Assembly (NCBI GenBank): GCA_045863295.1
Contig: BTWA01000022.1
Location: 1 to 64,000 of the forward strand
From: Candidatus Hydrogenedentota bacterium
GTDB taxonomy: Bacteria; Hydrogenedentota; Hydrogenedentia; Hydrogenedentales; SLHB01
DNA length: 64,000 nucleotides
Direction of reading: 5' to 3'
Both the position numbers and the translations under genes were made by a program. Under the pieces are notes generated by a model that worked only from the letters and a program-made list of their open reading frames with translations, ran no database searches and was not told where the DNA came from. The stretch's first letter is position 1, and each line of letters opens with the position of its first letter. Below are positions 48,649 through 58,453 of this stretch, one piece after another.

Positions 48649-49304
48649 TAGAAGTGGAGTCGGTTTCCAAGAAGTATCAGTTGGGGGGTGCCACCGTTGC
48701 CGCCTTGGATGGCGTCAGCTTGTTCATTCGCGAAGGCGAGATGGCGGCGATTATCGGGCCTTCCGGAAGTGGCAAATCCACATTAATGCATATCCTCGGT
48801 TGTCTCGACACGCCCGACACAGGCACCTACAAACTGGCGGGAGAAAACGTGGCCGGACTTTCCCGGGACCGCCTCGCGGAAATCCGCAACATGCATATCG
48901 GGTTTGTATTTCAAACATTTAATCTGCTTCCAAGACTGTCGGCGCTGGAGAACGTGGAATTGCCGCTCCTGTATGCGCGACGCCAGAACAGCAAATCGAT
49001 TGCCCAGGATGCATTGGCCACGGTCGGGTTGAAGGATCGAATGCACCACGAGCCCAACCAATTGTCGGGCGGCCAGCGTCAACGCGTGGCCATCGCCCGC
49101 GCAATCGTGACCAACCCGTCCATGATTCTTGCGGATGAGCCCACAGGCAACCTGGATTCGAAAACGGGCCGGGAGATCCTGGCTTTGTTTACGTCGCTGA
49201 ACGAACAGGGGCGCACCATCATCATGGTGACGCATGATTCCAATGTGGCCGACCATTGCGGGCGCGCCATACGCATCTTCGATGGCAAGATTGTAGAGCA
49301 GTGA
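48645..49304 (+). CDS. ABC transporter ATP-binding protein (MacB/LolD-like)
   Basis: GPSGSGKST, LSGGQRQR, ILADEPTGNLD and VTHD motifs. Confidence 0.95.
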   Translation: MIEVESVSKKYQLGGATVAALDGVSLFIREGEMAAIIGPSGSGKSTLMHILGCLDTPDTGTYKLAGENVAGLSRDRLAEIRNMHIGFVFQTFNLLPRLSALENVELPLLYARRQNSKSIAQDALATVGLKDRMHHEPNQLSGGQRQRVAIARAIVTNPSMILADEPTGNLDSKTGREILALFTSLNEQGRTIIMVTHDSNVADHCGRAIRIFDGKIVEQ

Positions 49305-49317
49305 AGGAATAGTCGAC

Positions 49318-50526
49318 GTGTACTTTTTTGTGCTCCTGAAAGTGGCGGTGTACAGCTTGTTGGCGAACAAGCTTCGATCATTTCTCGCGGTGCTGGGGGT
49401 CATTATCGGCGTCGGCGCCGTCATCGCCATGCTTGCCATTGCCTCAGGCGCACAAGCCCAGGTCATGAGCACGATTTCCGCCATGGGCACCAACCTGCTC
49501 GTGGTTCGGCCGGCGCAACGGGGTTCCCAGGGGGTTATGTCCGGCACCGAACAGAATCTTACCGTCGAAGATGCTCAAGCAATTCTTGCCGAAGTGCCCG
49601 GCGTGCTTCAGGTCGCCCCTGTGGTTCAAGGCCGCGCACAACTCAAGTATTACGAAAAGAACGCCGGAACCAGTGTCCAAGGCACCTCCGTAACCTATCT
49701 TCCTGTCCGAAACTTTGAAATCGAAAAGGGACGAGGTTTCACCGATGCGGAGGAAGACCGTCTCGCCAAGGTCATCATATTGGGCCCGGTGACCGCGCAG
49801 AACCTGATGGGCGATTCGAATCCCGTGGGTGAAATCGTCAAGGTGAACGGTGTCAATTTCGAAGTCATCGGTGTGACCAAAGCCAAAGGCGATCAGGGTT
49901 GGTTCAACCCGGATGACAGCGCCATGATTCCGTATACAACGGCGATGAAGCAGGTTTTCGGCCTCGAATACCTTCGTGAAATCAATATACAGTGCAAGCC
50001 TGGAGTAGACCTGGTCGAAGTCCAGGACAGCGTCACTTCTCTTATAAGGCGGCGCCACCGCACGTTGCCTGATATGCCCAATGACTTTGAAATTCGCAAT
50101 CAGGCTGACATCATTTCCACGGCCTCAACAGTAACGCGCACGTTTTCGATTCTACTGGGCGCGGTCGCCAGCATCTCCCTGCTCGTAGGCGGCATCGGCA
50201 TCATGAATATCATGCTGGTAACCGTGACGGAACGGACACGGGAGATCGGCGTGCGCAAGGCGATCGGCGCCAAGGATCGCGACATACTTCGCCAGTTTTT
50301 ATTCGAGGCCATTCTAATGAGCGGCATAGGGGGCTGTATCGGGGTCGGCGCGGGCGTGGGTGCGGCAAAACTCGTGGGCACGTTCACCTCATTTACAACA
50401 GTGATCCAGACCCAGAGTGTCATTATGGCGATGGTCTTTGCGACCAGTGTCGGCGTTTTCTTCGGGTATTACCCGGCGAGACGCGCGGCCAAATTAAATC
50501 CGATCGATGCGCTACGGTACGAGTAA
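49318..50526 (+). CDS. ABC transporter permease (MacB-type)
   Basis: NKLRSFL..LGVIIGV, GGIGIMNIMLV.VTERTREIG.RKAIGA and PIDALRYE motifs. Confidence 0.95.
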   Translation: MYFFVLLKVAVYSLLANKLRSFLAVLGVIIGVGAVIAMLAIASGAQAQVMSTISAMGTNLLVVRPAQRGSQGVMSGTEQNLTVEDAQAILAEVPGVLQVAPVVQGRAQLKYYEKNAGTSVQGTSVTYLPVRNFEIEKGRGFTDAEEDRLAKVIILGPVTAQNLMGDSNPVGEIVKVNGVNFEVIGVTKAKGDQGWFNPDDSAMIPYTTAMKQVFGLEYLREINIQCKPGVDLVEVQDSVTSLIRRRHRTLPDMPNDFEIRNQADIISTASTVTRTFSILLGAVASISLLVGGIGIMNIMLVTVTERTREIGVRKAIGAKDRDILRQFLFEAILMSGIGGCIGVGAGVGAAKLVGTFTSFTTVIQTQSVIMAMVFATSVGVFFGYYPARRAAKLNPIDALRYE

Positions 50527-50581
50527 GCGAATCGTGCGCGCGAACCGCCCAAACAAATTAAACCGGCTGTCAGGAAGACAA

Positions 50582-52393
50582 ATGCATTTGCGGAAGAGTC
50601 TGGTATTGCTGTGTGCAACAGCGGCTATCTTCTCCGGCTGCGCTGCCGTGGAACACAAATCCAAACCGGCCGTACCGGCCATTGTGGTGCGTCCAAAGAC
50701 GGATTCCGTCGAACATATCTCGCCGCCGCCATTAAACGATGCCTTGAAGGCGGAAAACGAACTCACGTTGCCGGGCAAACCCGGCACGCCGCTCAACCTA
50801 CCCTTGGAAACCGCCATTGTCCTCGCGATTCAGAACAATCGCGACCTCGATGTGGCTGAAATCAATCCCGCGTTGCAACAGACCCTCGTATCCGAGCAAC
50901 GGGCGGTGTTCGATCCGCTACTGTCGGCCACCTATACGATTACGGAAGACAGCTTTACCCGCGACCTGCTCATACTGTCGCCCTTTGTAATTCCAAGCCT
51001 GACCGGACAAACCGCGGCGACCTTGAATTTGTGGCAACCGGTCAATACCGAAGTGAAGTCGCGTACTAAAGACTATGGCGTGGGTATTTCCGAAACACTT
51101 CCAACGGGCACCACCATAAGCATCTCAACAGGCAAAACCAAGGTAAAGACGCGTAACTCGTCCACAAACCCGAATCTTGTTTACGGCACCGATACTGATA
51201 CGGAAACCTCTGACTTCAACGTGACTGTAACGCAGGCGCTCCTGCGCGGAGCCGGACTTGGCGTAAACTTGGCGAGCTTGCGCCAGGCCAAACTGGATAC
51301 GCTGGCGTCTGATTATGAACTGCGTGGTGTTGCTGAAGATCTGGTGGCTCAAGTGGAGCAAACCTATTGGGATTGCGTACTTGCAGAACGCCAAATCAAG
51401 ATTTTTGAGGAGGCATTAAACGTTGCACAAACGCAGGCGCTTGAAGTCGACGTCAAGATTGCCGTCGGCGACCTGGCGGAGATCGAACGCGCGGCCGCCG
51501 ATGCCGAAGTTGCGTTGAGGCGAAGCTCGCTCATAGACGCGAAAGCCAACTATGACACCCTCCGCTTCACGCTGATGCGCCTCATTAATCCCGCCCAAGA
51601 TTCACTGCGGCCCTTCGATATCGTGCTCGCCTCCGAACCGGGGATTCCCGAAATGGATCTAAACGGAGATGAACCCTCGATTTTGCTGGCGCAACGGATG
51701 CGGCCGGACGTAAATCAGGCCAAGCTCCAGATCAAACGCAATGACTTGGAAATCGTGAAAACCAGAAACGGGTTGTTGCCGCAGCTCGACGTGTTTATCG
51801 GCATTTCCACCGCGTTGACGCGAACGAATTACACGGAGGCGTACCTAACCTCGACTCAAGATAAGAGGGATGATCGATACACCACACAGGTCGGCGCCGA
51901 ATTCAGTTATCCCATCGGGAACCGGGCAGCCCGCTCCCGCAACACACGCGCCATCATGGGCAAGGATCAGAGTGAGCTTGCCTTGAAAAACCTGATGCAA
52001 TTGGTGGAACTCGACATCCGCACCGCGTACGTTGAAGTCCGGCGTTCGCACGAACAAATCGATGCGACCGCGGCTACGCGGAAACTCCAGGAGCAAACGC
52101 TGGCCGCCGAGCAGGAAAAGTACCGGCTGGGACGTTCCAACATACTGCTTGTATCCCAGGCGCAGCGCGATCTGCTTTCGGCCCAACTCGATGAAGTTGG
52201 CGCGTGGGCCGCGCACCTTAAAGCCATCGTAAATCTCTACCGCCTCGAAGGATCGTTGTTGGAGAGGCGGGGCATCGACGCGCCGGGCAGGGAACCTGTG
52301 GAATCGGAAGACGCACTGGATTTGTACAAAACACGCGGCCAGACCGCTGCCGGCGAGGTGGACTCGCCAGACGAGGGAGAATCAACGTCATGA
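50582..52393 (+). CDS. TolC family outer membrane efflux protein (lipoprotein-type signal)
   Basis: IFSGC lipobox; L..AI.NN.DL, VEQTYW, LLPQLD and E.EKYRLG motifs. Confidence 0.9.
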   Translation: MHLRKSLVLLCATAAIFSGCAAVEHKSKPAVPAIVVRPKTDSVEHISPPPLNDALKAENELTLPGKPGTPLNLPLETAIVLAIQNNRDLDVAEINPALQQTLVSEQRAVFDPLLSATYTITEDSFTRDLLILSPFVIPSLTGQTAATLNLWQPVNTEVKSRTKDYGVGISETLPTGTTISISTGKTKVKTRNSSTNPNLVYGTDTDTETSDFNVTVTQALLRGAGLGVNLASLRQAKLDTLASDYELRGVAEDLVAQVEQTYWDCVLAERQIKIFEEALNVAQTQALEVDVKIAVGDLAEIERAAADAEVALRRSSLIDAKANYDTLRFTLMRLINPAQDSLRPFDIVLASEPGIPEMDLNGDEPSILLAQRMRPDVNQAKLQIKRNDLEIVKTRNGLLPQLDVFIGISTALTRTNYTEAYLTSTQDKRDDRYTTQVGAEFSYPIGNRAARSRNTRAIMGKDQSELALKNLMQLVELDIRTAYVEVRRSHEQIDATAATRKLQEQTLAAEQEKYRLGRSNILLVSQAQRDLLSAQLDEVGAWAAHLKAIVNLYRLEGSLLERRGIDAPGREPVESEDALDLYKTRGQTAAGEVDSPDEGESTS

Positions 52394-52577
52394 AGACAGC
52401 CACACATATCCGTACACTTACCCGAACCCGCCCCGCCAGCGCCGCGCTGCAACCCGTTTGGGAATTGATTTACGTGGGACAGGCCATGCTGGGCCTGGTG
52501 CAAAGTTGGGTGACAATATTACTGCAATTAAAAGGTCTATAGGTACACGCTATCCATTGCGTGTGCGGACCCCGTAC

Positions 52578-54392
52578 CTAGGCCTTCGGGTCGGGACTCA
52601 ATCGCAGGTTTCCACGCGGGTCTGCAATCAGCAAGCGTAGAAACCAGTCGGCCTTGTTGTTGATTAGCTTCACGACCAAGGAGTTCCAACCCTTCTTTAG
52701 ATGCAAAACCGGGTATACAAACCCACCGTTGCCTCCAAAATCCTGGCCGAGTTCAATCAATGCGCCGTTCAGAAAGGTCTGCGAGTAATTATCTGCGCCG
52801 ACCGTGGCATGAGTGATCTGATCTTCATCACTATGCACGCCGCAATAGACATAGCAAGCCGCCTGATCGATCGTGCCTACCAGGGCGTTGGCGTTCACCA
52901 AGCCGATGCCGTCCACCTCGGCCAACCGCCATTTCATTCCGCCCTCATACGATGCCTCGGACGAATAACCATCTTCCGGCCCGAAACGCTTGTTCATGTT
53001 CGCGCATGCGCCAACGGGGTTTTCCGGAAGGTGCTTCGTATCCATAGGCCCTAAACGAAACGGCCCGGCAATCTGTACTGCCTCCGGCGCCTTCTGGCAA
53101 TTCAGCGGAAAGTAGGGGACTTTGTTCACCTCGACCATCCGCATGGCCTCTTTTTCAATCCAATGCCCGTCATATTGGACAGAATGCCCAACGGTCGGTG
53201 GAAAACTCGCACGCTCTGGCGCGACTCTAAAGCCGAGTGGAACCCGTATTCGCTCTGATTGCTTCACCGGGACTTCTGCGCGGAGCATTTTGCCGTCCGC
53301 GCCCCAGTGTTCGCTTTCGGGAGGATCCAGAGTCCACCCTTCCGCAACGGGAAGCTCCACTCGCACCACCACGTCCTTATCCAAAACGTTATGAATCACC
53401 ACTTCATTGCGCACTCGGATTTCATCCGCGCTCAAATCCGTTCCCGGCAGCGCGTCGCACTGGACCAACTCGTGCGTTATCGCTTTGCGAAATAACGCTG
53501 GCGACACGTCGACCGGCCAGATACCACCCCACGGCTCCACAACCGAGTAGTGCACCGCGTCGTCGTCCACGGTTACAAATCCGAAACTGTGAAACCCGCC
53601 CCACTTCTTTTCATCGCTTAACTTCAAACCCGCCCCAGTGCAACTCTGTATAACGTGCCAATTTCCGTTTCGCTTCTCGACACTGTGATAATGCTCGTGC
53701 CCAGCCACTACCGTAAATGGCCGGGCTCCAAGGGCCTGCTCCACCTCGGCCCAGTCGTTCCAGTATCGCGGGTCATCCCACATCGGCTTGTGAAAGAACA
53801 CAAACGTATGGCGCGCATCGCCGGCTCTGGACAGATCCTCGCGCATCCATTGCATCATCGCCTGCCACACAGGACCCCGCCCGTCGATACGTTCCTCTTC
53901 CGTGTTGAGCACCACGAAATGGCACCCTTTGTAGTCGAACGCGTAATACGTCTTGCCGAAGTCCTCGGACCAATACCGGTAGCATTCCACATTCGCAATG
54001 TCGTGATTGCCCACAGTGAAGAACAGGGGGGCGTTCAGTCTGCGCGCGTGTTCCATATACTCGGACCACTCCGCGTCCCATTGCGCACGCTCAGTCATGT
54101 GTCCGGGAATCATGTCGCCAATCGACATTACAAAATCGGGATCGAGCAGATTCATGGCATCCACGGCTCTATCGTATATGGGCCACTTACCCTCTCCACC
54201 GCTGGTCTTGTCGCCGAGAATGACAAAGCTGAATTTCTCCTCGTCATGAGTCCAAGGCCTGTCGATCAGCGGAACACGGCCATCCAGCGCTGGAGATTGC
54301 CCTGACCCGCGCGCGGATGCCAAAGTCGCGCCTGCCAAGGCAAGCCCCTGCTGCAGAAATGTCCGGCGATTGTATGCAGTAGGTGCCCTCAT
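52578..54392 (-). CDS. Calcineurin-like metallophosphoesterase with C-terminal beta-sandwich extension, Tat-type leader
   Basis: NRRTFL leader; GD, GD, GNHD, H.P and GHEH motifs. Confidence 0.85.
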   Translation of the reverse strand: MRAPTAYNRRTFLQQGLALAGATLASARGSGQSPALDGRVPLIDRPWTHDEEKFSFVILGDKTSGGEGKWPIYDRAVDAMNLLDPDFVMSIGDMIPGHMTERAQWDAEWSEYMEHARRLNAPLFFTVGNHDIANVECYRYWSEDFGKTYYAFDYKGCHFVVLNTEEERIDGRGPVWQAMMQWMREDLSRAGDARHTFVFFHKPMWDDPRYWNDWAEVEQALGARPFTVVAGHEHYHSVEKRNGNWHVIQSCTGAGLKLSDEKKWGGFHSFGFVTVDDDAVHYSVVEPWGGIWPVDVSPALFRKAITHELVQCDALPGTDLSADEIRVRNEVVIHNVLDKDVVVRVELPVAEGWTLDPPESEHWGADGKMLRAEVPVKQSERIRVPLGFRVAPERASFPPTVGHSVQYDGHWIEKEAMRMVEVNKVPYFPLNCQKAPEAVQIAGPFRLGPMDTKHLPENPVGACANMNKRFGPEDGYSSEASYEGGMKWRLAEVDGIGLVNANALVGTIDQAACYVYCGVHSDEDQITHATVGADNYSQTFLNGALIELGQDFGGNGGFVYPVLHLKKGWNSLVVKLINNKADWFLRLLIADPRGNLRLSPDPKA

Positions 54393-54508
54393 CCCATCAA
54401 TTCTATGAGATCGAAAGGACGATATTCACATTTCGCCATTGGGGGGCGAAAAAGGATTTGGCTTTGCTGTATAACGATTGAAATGGAAATAGCACGAGGT
54501 ACGATGCC

Positions 54509-55912
54509 ATGGTCAACTCTAAAATCTCCAGGCGTAGATTTCTCCAATCCGCCACGTCGGCCGCGGCCGGTGCGTTGTGCCTGAACGCGATGCCCGCGGC
54601 ATCACAACCCCCAAACATTGTGTTCATTTTGGCTGACGACCTCGGTTACGCGGACCTCGGGTGTTATGGCCAACAGCAGATAATGACGCCCAACCTGGAC
54701 CAAATGGCGACGGAGGGTACTCGATTCACGCAGTGTTATGCCGGGGCCACCGTGTGCGCCCCTTCACGCTGTTGTTTGTTGACCGGGCTCCACGGCGGCC
54801 ACGCGCGAGTGCGTGACAATCTCCCCAACGATATCTGGCTGCGCCCTGATGACTTTACCATCGGCGAACTGCTGAAACAGGCAGGGTACCGGACGGGTGC
54901 CGTCGGAAAATGGAGCATGGGCGATCCGGGATCCTGGGGTCTACCCAACTACCAGGGTTTTGACTATTTCTATGGCCACCTAAGCCAGATTCAGGCGCAC
55001 CAATATTATCCCGACCACCTCTGGGAAAATGAGAAGCACGTGTTGCTACGCGGCAATCGCGGCGGCACAAGCGAGCAATACACCCAGGATCTCTTTACCG
55101 AAAAGGCGCTGGACTTCATCCGCGGCAACGCCGAACGCCCATTTTTCCTGTACCTCGCCTATACAACGCCTCACTGGTCCGACTTTCCGAAGGATTCGCC
55201 CGAATCGCAACAGGTGCCCTCCGACGCGCCATACTCCGATCGCGAATGGCCGCAGGTAGAAAAGAACTACGCGGCCATGGTCACAAGACTGGATGCCGAC
55301 TGCGGGAAAATTTCGGCGCTGCTCAAGGAACTGGGCATTGACAGCAATACCATTGTCTTTTTCAGCAGCGACAACGGCCCGTCCGCCGAACGCATACACT
55401 CCGTGGACTTCTTCGACAGCAACGGGCCGTTGCGTGGATCGAAACGCGACCTGTACGAAGGCGGCATTCGCGTGCCGATGATTGTAAGGTGTCCAGGTCG
55501 AGTGCCGGGAGGCCGTGTGAGCGATCAACCGTGGGCGTTCTGGGACGTCCTCCCCACCATTGCGGCCTTGGCAGGATTGCCCGATCCGGAAAATACGGAC
55601 GGCATCTCCATGCTTCCTGCCCTGACCGGCGACAAACAAACGGAACAACACGACTACTTCTACTGGGACTATGGCCACGTACGCGGGTCGTTTGCACAAG
55701 CCGTGCGAACCGGAAACTGGAAAGGAATCCGGCAAGGCATGGAAGAATCAGTGGCTTTGTACAACCTCGACGTCGATCCGGGGGAATCGGCAGATGTTGC
55801 GGCCGATAACCCCGATGTCGTTCGGCAGATCGAAGGCTACATGAAGGAAGCCTTTGTTCCCAGCCCCGACTATCCAATCGCGCCGCTGTCGAAGGAACCG
55901 GGGGCCATCTAG
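54509..55912 (+). CDS. Arylsulfatase (S1, Cys-type), Tat-type leader
   Basis: PNIVFILADDLG, CAPSRCCLLTG, GKW, SDNG and K..LYEGGIRVP motifs. Confidence 0.95.
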   Translation: MVNSKISRRRFLQSATSAAAGALCLNAMPAASQPPNIVFILADDLGYADLGCYGQQQIMTPNLDQMATEGTRFTQCYAGATVCAPSRCCLLTGLHGGHARVRDNLPNDIWLRPDDFTIGELLKQAGYRTGAVGKWSMGDPGSWGLPNYQGFDYFYGHLSQIQAHQYYPDHLWENEKHVLLRGNRGGTSEQYTQDLFTEKALDFIRGNAERPFFLYLAYTTPHWSDFPKDSPESQQVPSDAPYSDREWPQVEKNYAAMVTRLDADCGKISALLKELGIDSNTIVFFSSDNGPSAERIHSVDFFDSNGPLRGSKRDLYEGGIRVPMIVRCPGRVPGGRVSDQPWAFWDVLPTIAALAGLPDPENTDGISMLPALTGDKQTEQHDYFYWDYGHVRGSFAQAVRTGNWKGIRQGMEESVALYNLDVDPGESADVAADNPDVVRQIEGYMKEAFVPSPDYPIAPLSKEPGAI

Positions 55913-56163
55913 CCCGGATATTTCACGACTTTGTCCAATTAACTGTATATCAACAATTCAACCGGCCTGTTACCAAAACTGGCGCACTTACAATATGCAC
56001 GTGAAATATCCTCAGCGTTTCAAGCGTAAGGAATTCTGTGCGAGCATTTTGCACCACGCAGACTGTACTTCAGTCTTCCACGGAGACTGTACTTCAGTCT
56101 TCCACGGAGACTGTACTTCAGTCTTCCACGCACGATTTAAGCGTGGTGCACAATGCGGGCTAG
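55909..56163 (-). mobile_element. MITE-like element, copy 2, bounded by CTAG on both sides
   Basis: CTAG-CCCGGATATTTCAC ... GTGCACAATGCGGG-CTAG imperfect TIRs; homologous to 27143-27347; no credible ORF. Confidence 0.8.
56060..56130. repeat. 3 x 24-bp tandem repeat AGACTGTACTTCAGTCTTCCACGG inside the MITE-like element
   Basis: Units at 56060, 56084 and 56108, each with hairpin AGACTG-N5-CAGTCT; a single unit in copy 1. Confidence 0.92.
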
Positions 56164-57365
56164 ACCTGCGGACGCCAGTGGGCCCACATCGCGCCGGATC
56201 CTGTGGGTACCCGCGTTAATGCGCTGGCATCCCCGCCGTCCGCCGGCATAATATAGAGCTGACGCGTTCCGCTGAAATCGGAACCAAACACCAGATGCTC
56301 TCCGTCGGGCGTTGGCTTTGGGTGGTAATGGGTGGCCTTGCCACCCGCATGAGTCAATTGCCGGGGTTCTCCGTCGACGGCCATGTGAAATAGCTCGACG
56401 GCCTCATCCACCTTGGCCGTATAGTAGATACCGTGCCCCGCCGCATCCCACACGGGAACGTCGCTGCTGCCCCCATGAAAATCGTACACGTCGTATACCG
56501 TCGTCACTCCAGTGTACCCACCTCTATCCGCCAACTTGCGCAAGCCAGTACCGTCGACATTCACTACATGCGGATGGCAATTGTAGTGCTCACCGGATAC
56601 GAACAAGATCATTGCACCGTCGGGTGACCATTGCGGCACAAAATTGAACGGATTTCCTGTCTCAACAAGGCGCGGATTGGATCCATCCGCTTCGGCAATA
56701 TAAATCTGATAGTCCTTGTGATACGCAACCTTGCCACCATCCGGCGATGCACTGAACCCGTACGCAAATCCGTCCTTGCCTTGATTCAGATCCACCTTGT
56801 TCTTGCCGTCCAAATCCATGATGAACGGATGGGAAACACCGTTTATGAGCGCCGTAAATCCAAGCTTCTTTCCATCCGGCAGGAAGAATACGCCTCCGTT
56901 ATACGCGCTGACCCGCTCGACCTCCGTGATATTTGTCAGGCCACCTGCTTCGATATCGAGAAAGTAGATATCAAACAGCCAGCCCTCCGTCATGCGAAAC
57001 GTCTTGTTCGCCTCTTCCCAAGCCGCATTCTCCGGGCTTTCCCATCCGCGCCCGATGATGGCAATGCGGCCATCCGGGGACCAGCCCGCAAATTGCGTCC
57101 AACTATTCGGCTCTGCAGTCAGCTCTTCCACAAGCATCCGTCGGCCCGTGCCATCGGCGCCTACGATACATGCCCGGCTCGTTACTTGATTGTCGAATCG
57201 CGTGGGAAGATTCGTACGGTATTCTGTATAACCAACAAGCGACGTGCGATTGAATCGTCGTCCGGGCGACACATGGGCGCACCCCGACGCCAATACCACA
57301 CCGAGAAACCCCCGGCGGGAAATCCCCGGCGAGGTGGTATCAGTGTCACCCTTTGCGTTTTTCAA
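56160..57365 (-). CDS. TolB-like PD40 beta-propeller protein, possible Tat lipoprotein
   Basis: SRRGFL...LASGC leader; repeated WSPDG, SPDG and PTPDG. Confidence 0.82.
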   Translation of the reverse strand: MKNAKGDTDTTSPGISRRGFLGVVLASGCAHVSPGRRFNRTSLVGYTEYRTNLPTRFDNQVTSRACIVGADGTGRRMLVEELTAEPNSWTQFAGWSPDGRIAIIGRGWESPENAAWEEANKTFRMTEGWLFDIYFLDIEAGGLTNITEVERVSAYNGGVFFLPDGKKLGFTALINGVSHPFIMDLDGKNKVDLNQGKDGFAYGFSASPDGGKVAYHKDYQIYIAEADGSNPRLVETGNPFNFVPQWSPDGAMILFVSGEHYNCHPHVVNVDGTGLRKLADRGGYTGVTTVYDVYDFHGGSSDVPVWDAAGHGIYYTAKVDEAVELFHMAVDGEPRQLTHAGGKATHYHPKPTPDGEHLVFGSDFSGTRQLYIMPADGGDASALTRVPTGSGAMWAHWRPQV

Positions 57366-57400
57366 GATCAGCCTCCTGCCTCTGGCGCGTTTCTGACCTG

Positions 57401-58357
57401 TCAGCCAATCGGGGTGAATTTCTGCACGCGCTTACCCAGAATATCACTGAGATACACATTTCCCTTGGAATCCAGTGCGATTCCGTGAACCACATTCAGT
57501 TCGCCGTCCTTCTCCTGCCCTTCCTTGCACCGCGCGAACCCAAACATCTGCAGCACGCGCCCTGCCGGATTGAACTTCATGATTAGATGATCGCGAGGAT
57601 CCGTGCCATGCATGCCATCCGGCCGATCTGGATCCTGAAGCCAGGGAACTGGTGTCGATCCGCACGTCCAAATCTCGTCGCTGCCTGAAATCCAGAGACC
57701 CCAGGGCACCAACACGTCCCGCCATGAATCGACCAGTTCACCGTCCATGGTATAGATTTGAACACGCGAATTGTTGCGATCGGCAATGTAAAGCCGATCC
57801 GTTGAATCAATGACAATCGCATGCGGCGAACTAAACTGCGTCGCGCCGGCTCCCAAGGTGCCCCACGCCTTCACAAACGTACCGCTGGCCGTGAAATGCA
57901 CAATGCGCGCGTTTCCATATCCGTCGGTAACAAAAATATCCCCGTTCGATGCAAATGCGACATCCGTCGGCTTATAGAAATGCGACTCATCCTCGCCCGG
58001 CTCGCCTTCGGTTCCCAACGTCATCAATAGCGCGCCATCGCGCGTATGCTTTTGCACCACATGAGAATTGATGTCGGTCGTCCAAATACATCCATCCCGA
58101 TCGATTCGCAAATAGTGCGAACCTTCAGTGCTTCCCCAGCCAAACAGGTAGTCGCCAGCGGGCGAAAACACCTGCACCGCCGGATTGCCTCGTGTAAATA
58201 CCCACACGTTGTCGTCCGAATCCACCGCCAATCCCGGTATGCCTGTCCACTTCTCCGGTACGGGCCGCTTGGGCCAACTCCCATCCACTTCAAACCAACG
58301 GCACGGTTTCACTTCCACGTTCTCCCGATCGGTTGCGTCCTGATTAAGAGTATCCAA
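57401..58357 (-). CDS. NHL-repeat protein, peptidyl-alpha-hydroxyglycine alpha-amidating lyase-like
   Basis: FYKPTDVAF, VTDGYGN.RI, PHAI.ID and ADRNNSRVQ motifs. Confidence 0.82.
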   Translation of the reverse strand: MDTLNQDATDRENVEVKPCRWFEVDGSWPKRPVPEKWTGIPGLAVDSDDNVWVFTRGNPAVQVFSPAGDYLFGWGSTEGSHYLRIDRDGCIWTTDINSHVVQKHTRDGALLMTLGTEGEPGEDESHFYKPTDVAFASNGDIFVTDGYGNARIVHFTASGTFVKAWGTLGAGATQFSSPHAIVIDSTDRLYIADRNNSRVQIYTMDGELVDSWRDVLVPWGLWISGSDEIWTCGSTPVPWLQDPDRPDGMHGTDPRDHLIMKFNPAGRVLQMFGFARCKEGQEKDGELNVVHGIALDSKGNVYLSDILGKRVQKFTPIG

Positions 58358-58388
58358 TCGACATCAGCGCCTTCCAGCAATCGATCAA

Positions 58389-58417
58389 TGTCACCCTTTT
58401 TGTCCCCCAAGTGTCTA
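58389..58417 (+). promoter_or_regulatory. Putative ECF-type (autoregulatory) promoter
   Basis: TGTCACC-N16-TGTCTA just upstream of the ECF sigma gene. Confidence 0.55.
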
Positions 58418-58453
58418 TTATGTCGAATGAGACGCAATCAGGAGGCTGGACCG

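Noticed and set aside
47266..52393. Naming the exporter macA/macB/tolC as a macrolide resistance system
   Set aside because: The architecture is MacAB-TolC-like with split ATPase and permease, but substrate and orthology cannot be determined from sequence.
56060..56130. 24-bp palindromic repeats as a mini CRISPR array
   Set aside because: The units are directly adjacent with no spacers, there are no cas genes, and they are part of a dispersed element.
58401..58428. dif-like site (TGTCTA-TTATGTCGAAT resembles spacer plus XerD arm)
   Set aside because: The left arm lacks the conserved ATAA, and the sequence is better explained as an ECF promoter -10 region.
58046..58453. Long N-terminal extensions in the ORF track (also at 25093, 32123, 33748, 16542, 47164, 21401, 11038, 5548)
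   Set aside because: They overlap neighbouring genes or promoters; downstream starts have an RBS and/or signal peptide.
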